A DNA stretch of 64,000 nucleotides from an uncultured Chromatiaceae bacterium (lineage in GTDB: Bacteria > Pseudomonadota > Gammaproteobacteria > Tenderiales > Tenderiaceae), in assembly GCA_947085765.1 (NCBI GenBank), contig CAMTXZ010000075.1:7810-71809 (forward strand), written 5' to 3'. Position numbers and translations under genes: made by a program. Position 1 is the stretch's first letter, and each line of letters begins with the position of its first letter. Positions 29,921-42,052 of this stretch are shown here, in pieces. The notes beneath the pieces were generated by a model. The model made no database searches. It was not told where the DNA came from and saw only the letters and a list, made by a program, of their open reading frames with translations.

Positions 29921-30646
29921 ATGAGTGAAAAGTTTAACCTAAGCACGTTTACAACCGTAGTGCTGTTGTTTGTAGTTGCAGTGATGTCGGGATGCTCAAC
30001 TTCGTCAGTGCGTCCAATATCTGAAGGGTTTGAGGCGTCGCGGCCCAATTACTATAGTCCGCCGCCGCATCAAAATGGCGCTATCTTCCAGGCCGGTTAT
30101 GAGGTCTCGCTGTATGAAGATATGCGAGCCAGACGTGTTGGCGATATCCTTACCATCATTCTGAGTGAGAGAACCAATGCCTCTAAAAAGGCGGCCACCA
30201 ATACGGCAAAAGATAGCTCCGTTGATGTAAAAAATCCAACGCTGTTTGGACGGGCATTTAAGTTTGATCTGCCCCGGCCATTTACCTCGGCACTGCCGGA
30301 CCTCTCTTTGGATGCGTCACTAAACAGCGCCAACTCTTTCAAGGGTGAAGGCGATTCGGCCCAGAGCAATAGTCTCACCGGTAGCATTACTGTCACCGTG
30401 GCTGAGGTGCTACCGAATGGCAATCTGTTTGTAAAGGGACAGAAGCGTCTCACTATCAATCAAGGAGATGAGTATGTTCAGTTCTCCGGCATTGTGCGTA
30501 CTGCCGATATCAATCCTGATAATTCGGTCATGTCCACCAAAGTGGCCGACGCCAATATTGCCTATATAGGTGATGGCATGGTGGCTGACGTCAATAGTCA
30601 AGGGTGGTTGGCCCGTTTTTTTAATGGTAAGTGGTGGCCGTTCTAG
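29921..30646 (+). CDS. flgH: Flagellar L-ring lipoprotein FlgH
   Basis: Lipobox VMSGC. 241 aa. Confidence 0.9.
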   Translation: MSEKFNLSTFTTVVLLFVVAVMSGCSTSSVRPISEGFEASRPNYYSPPPHQNGAIFQAGYEVSLYEDMRARRVGDILTIILSERTNASKKAATNTAKDSSVDVKNPTLFGRAFKFDLPRPFTSALPDLSLDASLNSANSFKGEGDSAQSNSLTGSITVTVAEVLPNGNLFVKGQKRLTINQGDEYVQFSGIVRTADINPDNSVMSTKVADANIAYIGDGMVADVNSQGWLARFFNGKWWPF

Positions 30647-30664
30647 TGGTCCGAGGATACTGAT

Positions 30665-31771
30665 ATGAAGTTTATGACCAAAAGATTACTGGTCGTGGTA
30701 TTGCTGATGTTTGCACAGAGTGCTGTAGCAGAACGTATCAAAGATCTGGCATCGGTGGCCGGCGTGCGTAGCAATCAACTTATCGGTTATGGCATTGTGG
30801 TCGGGCTTGATGGTTCAGGCGATCAAACGAGCCAGACCCCCTTCACGGTACAGAGTATCAAGACGATGCTGGCGCAGTTTGGAGTGCAGATCCCGGCTAA
30901 CGTGAATCCACAATTAAAGAATGTAGCCGCCGTCTCCATTCATACTGAATTGCCTGCCTTTGCAAAACCAGGGCAGCGCATCGACATTACTGTTTCATCC
31001 CTGGGTAACGCCAAGAGCCTGCGCGGTGGCAGTCTGTTAATGGCGCCGCTGAAGGGGGCGGACAATCAAATCTATGCCATGGCCCAGGGTAACTTGGTTG
31101 TAGGTGGTTTAGGTATCGGCGGCGGAGATGGATCGAAGGTCTCTATTAATATTCCCAGTGTCGGTCGCATCCCCGGTGGTGCAACGGTGGAGCGTCCGGC
31201 GCCCACAGTGTTTGGCGGAGAGAGCAGCATTGTATTAAATCTTTTTAACCCAGACTTCACTACCGCCAACCGTCTTGCCGAGGCCATTAACGAGAAAGTT
31301 GGCATGGGGACCGCAGCACCGATGGATGGTTCATCAATTATGGTTCAGGCGCCGCGTGACCCTGGGCAGCGTGTCGCTTATGTATCGTTACTTGAAAATT
31401 TAACCCTCGAACCCGGCAATGCATCGGCCAAAATTATCATTAATTCACGTACCGGAACGGTGGTGATTGGTCGCCATGTACGTGTCACGTCGGCGGCGGT
31501 GACTCATGGCAGTCTAACGGTGACGATCAGTGAAAAAGCCAATGTCAGCCAGCCTGGACCATTGGCAGGTGGCGGCACAGTGGTAGTGCCCGCCACTGAT
31601 ATCAATGTGTCGCAGGATCAAAACAAAATGTTTCTTTTTGAACCAGGCACCTCACTCGGCGATATCGTTCAGGCTATTAATAATGTGGGTGCCTCACCGG
31701 GTGACCTGGTTTCCATCCTCGAGGCGTTGAAAGAGGCCGGTGCGTTGCGTGCTGAACTGGTAGTTATTTAA
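30665..31771 (+). CDS. flgI: Flagellar P-ring protein FlgI
   Basis: Signal peptide ending [10 protein letters not shown]. 368 aa. Confidence 0.9.
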   Translation: MKFMTKRLLVVVLLMFAQSAVAERIKDLASVAGVRSNQLIGYGIVVGLDGSGDQTSQTPFTVQSIKTMLAQFGVQIPANVNPQLKNVAAVSIHTELPAFAKPGQRIDITVSSLGNAKSLRGGSLLMAPLKGADNQIYAMAQGNLVVGGLGIGGGDGSKVSINIPSVGRIPGGATVERPAPTVFGGESSIVLNLFNPDFTTANRLAEAINEKVGMGTAAPMDGSSIMVQAPRDPGQRVAYVSLLENLTLEPGNASAKIIINSRTGTVVIGRHVRVTSAAVTHGSLTVTISEKANVSQPGPLAGGGTVVVPATDINVSQDQNKMFLFEPGTSLGDIVQAINNVGASPGDLVSILEALKEAGALRAELVVI

Positions 31772-32739
31772 TGACAATCCCCTCCAACAGTGGCGACATT
31801 TATACGGATGTAAGTTCGTTACGCAATCTTAAACGTGATGCTGCACAAGGCTCGCCAGCCGCGCTGCAGAAGACCGCCGAGCAGTTTGAAGCGCTGTTCC
31901 TGCAGATGATGCTTAAGTCCATGCGCCAGAGTTCAAGTGGCGAAGGCATGTTTGAGAGTGATCAAACCCGTTTTTATCAGCAGATGTTTGATCAGCAGAT
32001 TGCGATCGATATGGCCAAAAAACGGCAGTTGGGGATTGCTGACATATTGGTAAAACAGTTAGGTAAAGAGCAGCCTGATCAGCCAGAGCCGTTAGGGCTG
32101 TCAAAAATTGATGTCGAGAGACTACGTCTTGCTAAATTTAGACCAGAAAGCTCAATTCCGGCATCAGCATTTTCAACCGTTAAACCCGTTACAGAATCGC
32201 CATCAACACCCGCAATCGCAGCAGAGCTAACAAAAGGTGCGGCGATCAGCGCGAGCCGTTTTGACTCGCCAAGCGATTTTGTCGAAAAGCTTATGCCACT
32301 GGCAGAGAAATATGGCGCCGAGCTGGGTGTTGATCCCAAGGTGCTGTTGGCACAAGCGGCGCTGGAGACCGGCTGGGGTAAAAAGGTTAGTCGTAGCAGC
32401 AACGGCGTGAGTAGCCATAATCTGTTTAATATCAAGGCCGATCAGCGTTGGTCTGGAGAGCAGGTAACAGTCTCCACGTTGGAGTATGAGCGTGGCCAAC
32501 CCCTGCGGCAGCAGGCGGCATTTCGTGCCTATCCCGATTTTGAAGCGAGTTTTAAGGATTATGTTGGGTTTCTGAAATCCAATCCGCGTTACCAGCAGGC
32601 GTTGGCCAGAACAGATGATGGCCCCACGTTTGTGCGCTCGCTGCATGAGGCTGGATATGCCACTGATCCACGCTATGCGGCCAAGATTACGACCATTATG
32701 AAGAGTGATGTTTTTGGTGATAGCTCCCGGCAGCTGTAG
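31771..32739 (+). CDS. flgJ: Flagellar rod assembly protein / peptidoglycan hydrolase FlgJ
   Basis: N-terminal rod-binding domain and C-terminal glucosaminidase domain. 322 aa. Confidence 0.85.
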   Translation: MTIPSNSGDIYTDVSSLRNLKRDAAQGSPAALQKTAEQFEALFLQMMLKSMRQSSSGEGMFESDQTRFYQQMFDQQIAIDMAKKRQLGIADILVKQLGKEQPDQPEPLGLSKIDVERLRLAKFRPESSIPASAFSTVKPVTESPSTPAIAAELTKGAAISASRFDSPSDFVEKLMPLAEKYGAELGVDPKVLLAQAALETGWGKKVSRSSNGVSSHNLFNIKADQRWSGEQVTVSTLEYERGQPLRQQAAFRAYPDFEASFKDYVGFLKSNPRYQQALARTDDGPTFVRSLHEAGYATDPRYAAKITTIMKSDVFGDSSRQL

Positions 32740-32838
32740 GAACTGGTGCAGAGGCCGTTAACATGGCTATGAGGTTTTGTATCGAACGGTCACTCGCGAT
32801 CACCGTGGTGATCATGTAAAGACAAATGAGGCAGGGCT

Positions 32839-34752
32839 ATGGCATCAGGTATGTTAGGTGTAGGTATTTCCGGACTGCTGGCGTATCAACGCAGCCTGCA
32901 GACGGTGAGCCATAATATCGCCAACGCCAATACCGAAGGATATAGTCGCCAGCGTGTCGATCTTGGTACCCAGTTGCCGAATCGTGTGGGTACCAGTTTT
33001 ATTGGCAATGGCGTCACTATTACCGGGGTTACCCGGATCTACGACAGTTTTCTTACTGATCAGGTCCGTACCTACACATCCAGCTATAACCAGTCTGATA
33101 TCTACGCGCAGCAATCAAGCATGATTGATGAGTTGCTGGCCGATCCTCAAGTCGGCCTGATGCCGACTATGGAAGGTTTTTTTAGCTCTGTTCAGGGAGT
33201 ATCCAATGATCCTTCGTCAATACCTGCGCGACAGGCGTTGGTCACCCAGGCTGAGACGATGGTGGATCGGTTTAAATATCTTGATAGACGTTATGAGGAT
33301 ATCCGTTCTCAGGTGAATCAGCAGATCAGTGGCACCGTCGCTGAGATCAATGGCCTTGCCAAGGCGATTGGTGATATCAATCGCGAGATTGTATTGAGTC
33401 CTGGCGGAAGTCCACCCAATGATCTGCTCGATAGTCGCGATATTCTGCTGAATAAACTTTCAGAGCGGGTATCGGTCACCACCTTGATGCAGGACAATGG
33501 GGCGATAGATGTGTTTATCGGTAAAGGGCAGACCCTGGTGCTTAATTTTGATGCCAATAAACTGGCAACAACTCAAAACAAATATGACATTAGCCAGCTT
33601 GAGATAAGCATCGACAACGGTTTTGGCGGTAAGTTGGAGATATCTGACTATGTCAGTGGCGGCAAGCTTGGTGGGTTGCTCGATTTTCGTAAAAATGTGC
33701 TGACACCGGCGCAGAATTCATTGGGCGCGTTAGCGATTGGTCTGAGTGAGACTTTTAATGCCCAGCATAAATTAGGGCAAGATCTTAACGGGGTGCTTGG
33801 GACTGATTTTTTCAAGACCTCACCACTGCAGGTATTGCCAGGTAAAGGCTCCCCTTCAACCGTAGCCGCTACTTTGGTGGATGCAAAGCAACTCACTAAC
33901 GATGATTATACATTGCGGTTTGATGGCGGTAATAACTACACCATGATCCGTAGCTCCGACAAACAGGTCTTTGCCATCAATACCGGTGGCGCATCGCCTT
34001 ATACTACGGCCACGATGGATGGTTTTAACTTAACCATTAGCGCAGGCGCGGCCGTGGGCGACAGCTATCTTATCCGTCCCGGTAAAACCGGTGCTTCATT
34101 GATTGATTTGAACATCACTAATGCCCGGGAGGTGGCGGCCGGTACACCGATTCAGGCGCAGAAATCTATCGGCAACCTCGGCACAGGAACGATCTCGGCG
34201 GGCAATGTTACCAACACAGCCACGCTGCCATTAGGTGGGGGGGGTATCACGCTGACATATAACACCGGCAATATCATGGTAAGCGGTGCTACCCCAGCCT
34301 CTGTTCCTTATGTGAATGGTGGCAAGATTCTGCTTAATGATCCCGGTAATGGTACGGGCATTGAGTTTTCTATCAGTGGCATACCCACTAATGGCGATGT
34401 CTTCACTATTGGCGATAACATCAAAGGTGTAGGGGACAATCGTAATGCACTGCTGCTAGGCAAGTTGCAGACTCAGCGCATGTTAGGCGGTGGTAATGCC
34501 AGCTATGACGAATTTTATGGCGGCATGGTGGCAGAGGTAGGCATCAAGACCAATCAGGCCCGAGTCACCAATGAGTCACAGTTACGCCTGAAGGATCAGG
34601 CGGTAAATGCACGTGATGCGTTGTCGGGTGTCAATCTCGACGAAGAGGCCGCCAATCTGGTGAAGTTCCAGCAGGCCTATCAAGCGGCCTCCCAGATCAT
34701 CGTGGCCACCAATACGATGTTCCAATCACTGTTAGCGGCACTGCGAGGGTAG
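32839..34752 (+). CDS. flgK: Flagellar hook-associated protein 1 FlgK
   Basis: 637 aa with the N-terminal SGLLAYQRSLQTVSHNIANANTEGYSRQ motif. Confidence 0.85.
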   Translation: MASGMLGVGISGLLAYQRSLQTVSHNIANANTEGYSRQRVDLGTQLPNRVGTSFIGNGVTITGVTRIYDSFLTDQVRTYTSSYNQSDIYAQQSSMIDELLADPQVGLMPTMEGFFSSVQGVSNDPSSIPARQALVTQAETMVDRFKYLDRRYEDIRSQVNQQISGTVAEINGLAKAIGDINREIVLSPGGSPPNDLLDSRDILLNKLSERVSVTTLMQDNGAIDVFIGKGQTLVLNFDANKLATTQNKYDISQLEISIDNGFGGKLEISDYVSGGKLGGLLDFRKNVLTPAQNSLGALAIGLSETFNAQHKLGQDLNGVLGTDFFKTSPLQVLPGKGSPSTVAATLVDAKQLTNDDYTLRFDGGNNYTMIRSSDKQVFAINTGGASPYTTATMDGFNLTISAGAAVGDSYLIRPGKTGASLIDLNITNAREVAAGTPIQAQKSIGNLGTGTISAGNVTNTATLPLGGGGITLTYNTGNIMVSGATPASVPYVNGGKILLNDPGNGTGIEFSISGIPTNGDVFTIGDNIKGVGDNRNALLLGKLQTQRMLGGGNASYDEFYGGMVAEVGIKTNQARVTNESQLRLKDQAVNARDALSGVNLDEEAANLVKFQQAYQAASQIIVATNTMFQSLLAALRG

Positions 34753-34755
34753 TCT

Positions 34756-35658
34756 ATGCGTATCTCCACTCAGATGATGCAACGGTTGGCGGTCGGTTCG
34801 ATACTTGACCGGCAATCCTCTTTGAGTCAAACCCAGCAGCAGTTAGCAACGGGACGCAAGTTTCTAACCCCTTCTGAGGATCCTTCGGCATCAACGCAGG
34901 TGTTGACGAATAATCAGCGGCTCAGTATCACCAAGCAATATCAGACAAATGCCGATCGGGCCACCTCTCGTTTAGAGTCTGAAGAGTCGATACTGGCGGC
35001 GGCAGGCAACTCATTGCAACGTATTCGCGAGTTGACAGTTCAGAGTCAGAATGGTCTGTTAGGAACAAACGAGCGTGGTGCTATTGCTGCTGAGTTGGAT
35101 CAGCGGCTGGCCGAACTGATGGATCTGGCCAATAGCAAGGATGGCAGCGGTGAGTATCTCTTCTCCGGTTTTCAGGGCAATACCGAACCGTTTGTGAACA
35201 GTGCTCCGGGTGTTTACGATTATCAGGGCGATCAGGGGCAGCGTAAATTGCAGGTGAGTCCAACCCGCCAGATACCCACATCCGATCCCGGCTCTGCGCT
35301 ATTTGTTGATTTGCCCTACAGCGGTGGTGGCACACAGAATATTTTTAAGACGATCTACGATTTATCCACAGCATTGAAAAGCGGTACCCCGGTAGGCGCG
35401 GTGCTGGATGATATTGATACATCGATGGACAGACTTTTCAGTGTCAGAGCCGAAATCGGCGGTCGCATGAATTCGATTGATAGTCAGAAGAATATCAATG
35501 AACAGTACACCGTACAGCTCGAGGGCTTGCTCTCATCGATACAGGATCTCGACTATGCCGAAGCGATAGGGCGACTGAATCTGCAACTCACCGGACTACA
35601 AGCAGCGCAGCAGTCGTTCCAGAAGATTCAGAGTCTGTCGCTTTTTAATTACATCTAA
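34756..35658 (+). CDS. flgL: Flagellar hook-associated protein 3 FlgL
   Basis: 300 aa with flagellin-like N- and C-termini, directly after flgK. Confidence 0.85.
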   Translation: MRISTQMMQRLAVGSILDRQSSLSQTQQQLATGRKFLTPSEDPSASTQVLTNNQRLSITKQYQTNADRATSRLESEESILAAAGNSLQRIRELTVQSQNGLLGTNERGAIAAELDQRLAELMDLANSKDGSGEYLFSGFQGNTEPFVNSAPGVYDYQGDQGQRKLQVSPTRQIPTSDPGSALFVDLPYSGGGTQNIFKTIYDLSTALKSGTPVGAVLDDIDTSMDRLFSVRAEIGGRMNSIDSQKNINEQYTVQLEGLLSSIQDLDYAEAIGRLNLQLTGLQAAQQSFQKIQSLSLFNYI

Positions 35659-35926
35659 CGGCTGACACTCTCTATAGTCGTGGCGGTGGGGTAGACCCTA
35701 CTGTTTAGACGTTGTTTATAACCCCTCTTGCTACAAGATAGGCCAATGTGATGGCCATTGCCTGGCCACGTCAATGTTTCGCCGTTACCCCATCAAACCC
35801 GATACAGCTATCGCCAACAAATTGTCGAACTCCCTGTATCTGCACCTATGCTTATGAAACTAAGTGAAATTATATATGGCACAAATATTGAATTGATCTA
35901 CTTTAGAAGCTCAATCTAAAACATGA

Positions 35927-38087
<2,161 letters not shown>

Positions 38088-38091
<4 letters not shown>

Positions 38092-38954
38092 AACAGGGCC
38101 CTAAATTTATTGCTGAGGTCTCCAGCAACCACAGCCGTGATCTGAATCGTGCGCTTGAATTTATTGATACCGCCGCCGCAATCGGTTGTGATGCAGTGAA
38201 GTTCCAGCTCTTCAAAATCGAGCAGCTCTTTGCCCCGGTGATCCTGGCGCAGAGTGAAAATCATCGTAAACGCAAAGAGTGGGAGCTGCCGTTAGAGTTT
38301 CTGCCGCACCTGCATCAACGCTGCCGTGAAAAAAATATCGAGTTCAGCTGTACCCCTTTTTATCTTGAGGCGGTTCAGGAGCTGCTGCCCTATGTCGATT
38401 TTTACAAGATCGCTTCGTATGAACTGTTGTGGGATGAGCTGCTGATCAAGTGTGTTGAGACCGGTAAGCCGGTCATCGTCTCCACTGGCATGGCAATCCT
38501 GCCGGAGATCAACCACGCCATCGAAGTGATGCAGAATGCAGGTGGCAACGCGTTGGCGTTGCTGCATTGTGTCTCGGCCTATCCAACCCTGGCGCAGGAT
38601 TGCAATCTGGCCGCCATCACCACGATTCGTGAAGCGACAGGCGTACCACTTGGCTGGTCCGACCATACAGTAGATCCCGCCGTGATCTATCGCGCCATCA
38701 ACTATTGGGGTGCTGAATATATAGAGTTTCATCTTGATCTCGATGCCAATGGTGCCGAGTACGCCAGCGGCCACTGCTGGTTGCCGCAGCAGATGGCGGA
38801 GGTAATCGCCACCGTCAAACGTGGTTTTAGTGCCGATGGTAATGGCCGCAAAACGCCATCACCAGCAGAGCTGGCGGATCGTGACTGGCGCGCCGATCCC
38901 AAGGATGGCTTGCGACCGATGCAGAAGATTCGTGATGAGTGGGAACAACATTAA
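38088..38954 (+). CDS. NeuB-family sugar-phosphate:PEP condensing synthase (PseI-like nonulosonic acid synthase) lacking the C-terminal SAF/antifreeze-like domain
   Basis: 288 aa. N-terminus FIAEVSSNHSRDLNRALEFIDTAAAIGCDAVKFQ matches the NeuB TIM-barrel domain. An SDR gene starts 16 bp after the stop, so there is no SAF domain. Confidence 0.75.
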
Positions 38955-38969
38955 CAGGGAGTTTTACCG

Positions 38970-39716
38970 ATGGAACAACATCCACTAGTCATCATCCCGG
39001 GCGGTACACGTGGCATCGGTTTGGCTACGGCCAAGGTGCTGGCAATGCAGGGCTACGCGCTTGAACTCTGGTATCAGAGCCGTAAGGATGATGCCGATAG
39101 CGCCCAAGAACAGTTGCAGCAGTTCTCTGTGCCGGTGCTCTGTCGTCGTGTCAATATCGTTGATCGTAAACAGGTTCAGGATGCGCTGAATGATGTTGTC
39201 AGAAATCACGCGACCATTCATGGTCTGGTAAATAACGCCGGCATCCTGCAACAGAAACCCTTCGCCACCATCAGCGATGATGATTGGGAACGTATGGTCA
39301 ACGTCAACCTCAAAGGGGCGTTTATCTGTTCGCAGGAGGTGATGGCGCGCATGGCAGACAACGGTGGTGTGATTGTCAATGTCGCCTCATCGGGTGGCCA
39401 GCTGGGTGGCATGTTGGCTGTTCACTATGCCGTGACCAAGGCTGGCATCATTGCGCTGACAAAATCGTTGGCACGTGTCGGCGCTGCTAACGCAATACGT
39501 TGCAACTGTGTATCCCCTGGACTGATTGTGACGGAGATGACCCAGGGTGAACTAAATTCAGACGCCGGCCGCGACAAAATCTCCCTGCATGTACCGCTGG
39601 CCCGTGCCGGTGAGGCGCAGGAGGTGGCCGATGCCATTGCTTATTTGCTTTCTGAAAAAGCAACCTACATCACCGGCCAGACACTTAACGTCAACGGCGG
39701 GTTGTACATGGGATGA
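38970..39716 (+). CDS. SDR-family oxidoreductase (FabG-like; PtmA-like flagellin modification dehydrogenase)
   Basis: TGxxxGIG motif (GGTRGIGLA), NNAG motif, and catalytic Y and K (YAVTK). Confidence 0.8.
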   Translation: MEQHPLVIIPGGTRGIGLATAKVLAMQGYALELWYQSRKDDADSAQEQLQQFSVPVLCRRVNIVDRKQVQDALNDVVRNHATIHGLVNNAGILQQKPFATISDDDWERMVNVNLKGAFICSQEVMARMADNGGVIVNVASSGGQLGGMLAVHYAVTKAGIIALTKSLARVGAANAIRCNCVSPGLIVTEMTQGELNSDAGRDKISLHVPLARAGEAQEVADAIAYLLSEKATYITGQTLNVNGGLYMG

Positions 39717-40783
39717 AGCAGCTGAATCAACAGCCACACGCAGCAATCATTGGTCTTGGCCGCATCGCCTGGCGTATGGAAGATGATCTCTTGCGCACCA
39801 AACCCTGTACCTACGTGGGTGGCTATCTCAAACATGGCTGCCATATTCAGGCTGGCTGTGATGTGGATGAGAAGGCGCGGCGTGAATTTGGCAAACGTTA
39901 TGGTGTTGCACCGCTCTATGAAAACTATCAGCAGATGCTGGCAGAGCAGCAGATCGATCTGCTCAGCATTTCGGCCTACGCCACCGAGCGTCATGCGATG
40001 GTGATGGCCGCTATCAAACAGAATATCCTGGCCATCTTTTGCGAGAAGGCGCTGGCCACTTCGTTGGAGCAGGCGGACGAGATGGTTACAGCACTTGAGG
40101 CGAGCAACACCACGTTTGTCACCGGCCACATGCGACGCTGGTCTAACAATTATCAACAGGTGAAGAGCATGATCGACAGCGAGACCATTGGTCGCGTGCT
40201 CTCGGTCAATGTGCTCTTCTCCGGCAGCCTGATCCACACCGGCACCCATGCCTTTGATCTGCTGCACTGGTGGTTTGGTGCGCCGTTGGCGGCGCAGGGG
40301 CGAGTGGTCAGCAAGGCCAAAAAAGATAAACAGAGTGGTTATCGTTATAGCGACAAGGAACTTGCCGATGGTGGAGGTGTGGGACGTCTGCATTTTGCCA
40401 ACGGCGTGGTGGCGACGATTGAAGGACAGGTGAAAGATTATTTTATTTTTGAGTTCGATATCGTCGGCACAAATGGGCGTATCAGGATCGGCAATGATGG
40501 CCTCGTGCTTTATCGTCCCACTGCAAGCAAGCAGATGAGTGGCTTTGATGAGCTAATGCCTGCAACGGTTGAAACAGCAGCCCCTGTTTATGAAGGCAGT
40601 GCCTGGGATGCCGCAGTGGCAGCGTTGTTGGGGAATCAGCAGTGTCTGCAAGTAGCATCCACCGCACAAGATGCACGTATGGCACTGGAGATGGCGCTGG
40701 CCTTCTATCACTGCCAGCAACAGGGTGGTCTTGAGGTGATGTTCCCTCTGTCGCGCAACGGATTGTCAGTCCCTTCAAGATAA
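39713..40783 (+). CDS. Gfo/Idh/MocA-family NAD(P)-dependent oxidoreductase
   Basis: N-terminal Rossmann motif AIIGLGRIAWRM, the EKAL motif and the family's C-terminal alpha/beta domain. 356 aa. Confidence 0.8.
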   Translation: MKQLNQQPHAAIIGLGRIAWRMEDDLLRTKPCTYVGGYLKHGCHIQAGCDVDEKARREFGKRYGVAPLYENYQQMLAEQQIDLLSISAYATERHAMVMAAIKQNILAIFCEKALATSLEQADEMVTALEASNTTFVTGHMRRWSNNYQQVKSMIDSETIGRVLSVNVLFSGSLIHTGTHAFDLLHWWFGAPLAAQGRVVSKAKKDKQSGYRYSDKELADGGGVGRLHFANGVVATIEGQVKDYFIFEFDIVGTNGRIRIGNDGLVLYRPTASKQMSGFDELMPATVETAAPVYEGSAWDAAVAALLGNQQCLQVASTAQDARMALEMALAFYHCQQQGGLEVMFPLSRNGLSVPSR

Positions 40784-40790
40784 TGGTGAG

Positions 40791-42026
40791 ATGATAAATA
40801 TGAATGAGTTGCCATGGACCGGCGTACAACGGCTGCAACGTAGCGATGCTGCTACACCGTTGCAGTTAACACGCCATTGTCCCTTATGTAAAAGCAGTGC
40901 GGAGCATGAACTGTTTGCACTGCACGACTTCCAGTTTTTCACCGACCAGGCAGGCCGCAATCGCGCCGACCATCGGGTGGTTCACTGCCAGCAGTGTGGC
41001 CTGATCTATACCAACCCCTGTTATACACCGGCAGGATTTCAGCTGCTATTTGATAAGGCCGGTTGCAGTTATGGCCATACTGCCGGGCGCATCGGTGAAC
41101 AGGTGGCGTGGCTGAACGAACAATTTCCCATCGCACAATCGCTGCTGGATGTTGGCTGTGGTAATGGCGATCTGCTTAAGGCGCTGCCGCAGACGCTCGC
41201 GCGTCACGGTATCGACATTGATGAGCAGACGCTCAACCGCGTGGCGCAGGATGCCCCCGGGATTGATTTTAGTGTCTGCGATTTTAATGGTCTGAAGGGT
41301 CTGCCGCAGGTGGATGTGATCACCATGTTCCATGTTCTGGAACATCTGCCCGACCCCGATGATTTTCTTGCTCAACTCAGATCTCTGTCGAAGCCTTCTG
41401 CTGCGCTGGTGGTCGAGGTGCCGGTGGTCGATCGCGCCGCTGAGTTGCAGGATCGTGATGTGGTTGGTTTTTTCACCGTGCAGCACCTCACACACTTCAG
41501 CAAGACAACGCTGGAACAGATGTTAGCGAAAAACGGTTGGCGTGTTGTACATGCCGAGGCGATTGCGGGTTACAACGGTTGGCGGGTAGTGGCGGAGCAT
41601 GGCCCGGTGCAAACAGATGTTGGTAATGATGCCAGCGGCCTGATAGCAGCACGTAGCTATCTTGAGGTCTGGAAACAAAATGTTGAGCTGGTGCAGCGCC
41701 GCATCGAAACATTGAATTGCGCACCGCAAATAATGATCTGGGGAGCAGGGCAGCACACTGAGTATCTGGCGTTGCTGACACGCCTGTTTGAACTGGATGC
41801 CAGTTTTGTTGTGGTGGATAGTGATCCGATGAAACAGGGAGAGCACTACCACTCGTTGCCGGTGCTATCGCCGGATCAGGTTCCAGAACATGAGTGGCGC
41901 AGCGGAAACTTCCCAATAGTGATCTCCACCTATGGTGGCCAGGAAAGCCTGTTGGCAATCTTGAAAGAGAAGGGTGTGGCTGCCGCCAGAATCATCACAC
42001 TCTATGACCGGACATCACGTTACTAA
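40791..42026 (+). CDS. Class I SAM-dependent methyltransferase with N-terminal Cys4 zinc-ribbon and C-methyltransferase-like C-terminal domain
   Basis: CPLC...CQQC zinc ribbon. SAM motif I LLDVGCGNGDL. 411 aa, an architecture seen in sugar C- and N-methyltransferases. Confidence 0.7.
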   Translation: MINMNELPWTGVQRLQRSDAATPLQLTRHCPLCKSSAEHELFALHDFQFFTDQAGRNRADHRVVHCQQCGLIYTNPCYTPAGFQLLFDKAGCSYGHTAGRIGEQVAWLNEQFPIAQSLLDVGCGNGDLLKALPQTLARHGIDIDEQTLNRVAQDAPGIDFSVCDFNGLKGLPQVDVITMFHVLEHLPDPDDFLAQLRSLSKPSAALVVEVPVVDRAAELQDRDVVGFFTVQHLTHFSKTTLEQMLAKNGWRVVHAEAIAGYNGWRVVAEHGPVQTDVGNDASGLIAARSYLEVWKQNVELVQRRIETLNCAPQIMIWGAGQHTEYLALLTRLFELDASFVVVDSDPMKQGEHYHSLPVLSPDQVPEHEWRSGNFPIVISTYGGQESLLAILKEKGVAAARIITLYDRTSRY

Positions 42027-42052
42027 ATCGAAGATGAAATGGAATTTTAATC

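Noticed and set aside
32740-32838. Sigma-54 promoter upstream of flgK (TGGCTAT...TTTGTAT)
   Set aside because: GG-N10-GC spacing and the -12 GC are not satisfied. flgK is more likely read through from the flgF promoter
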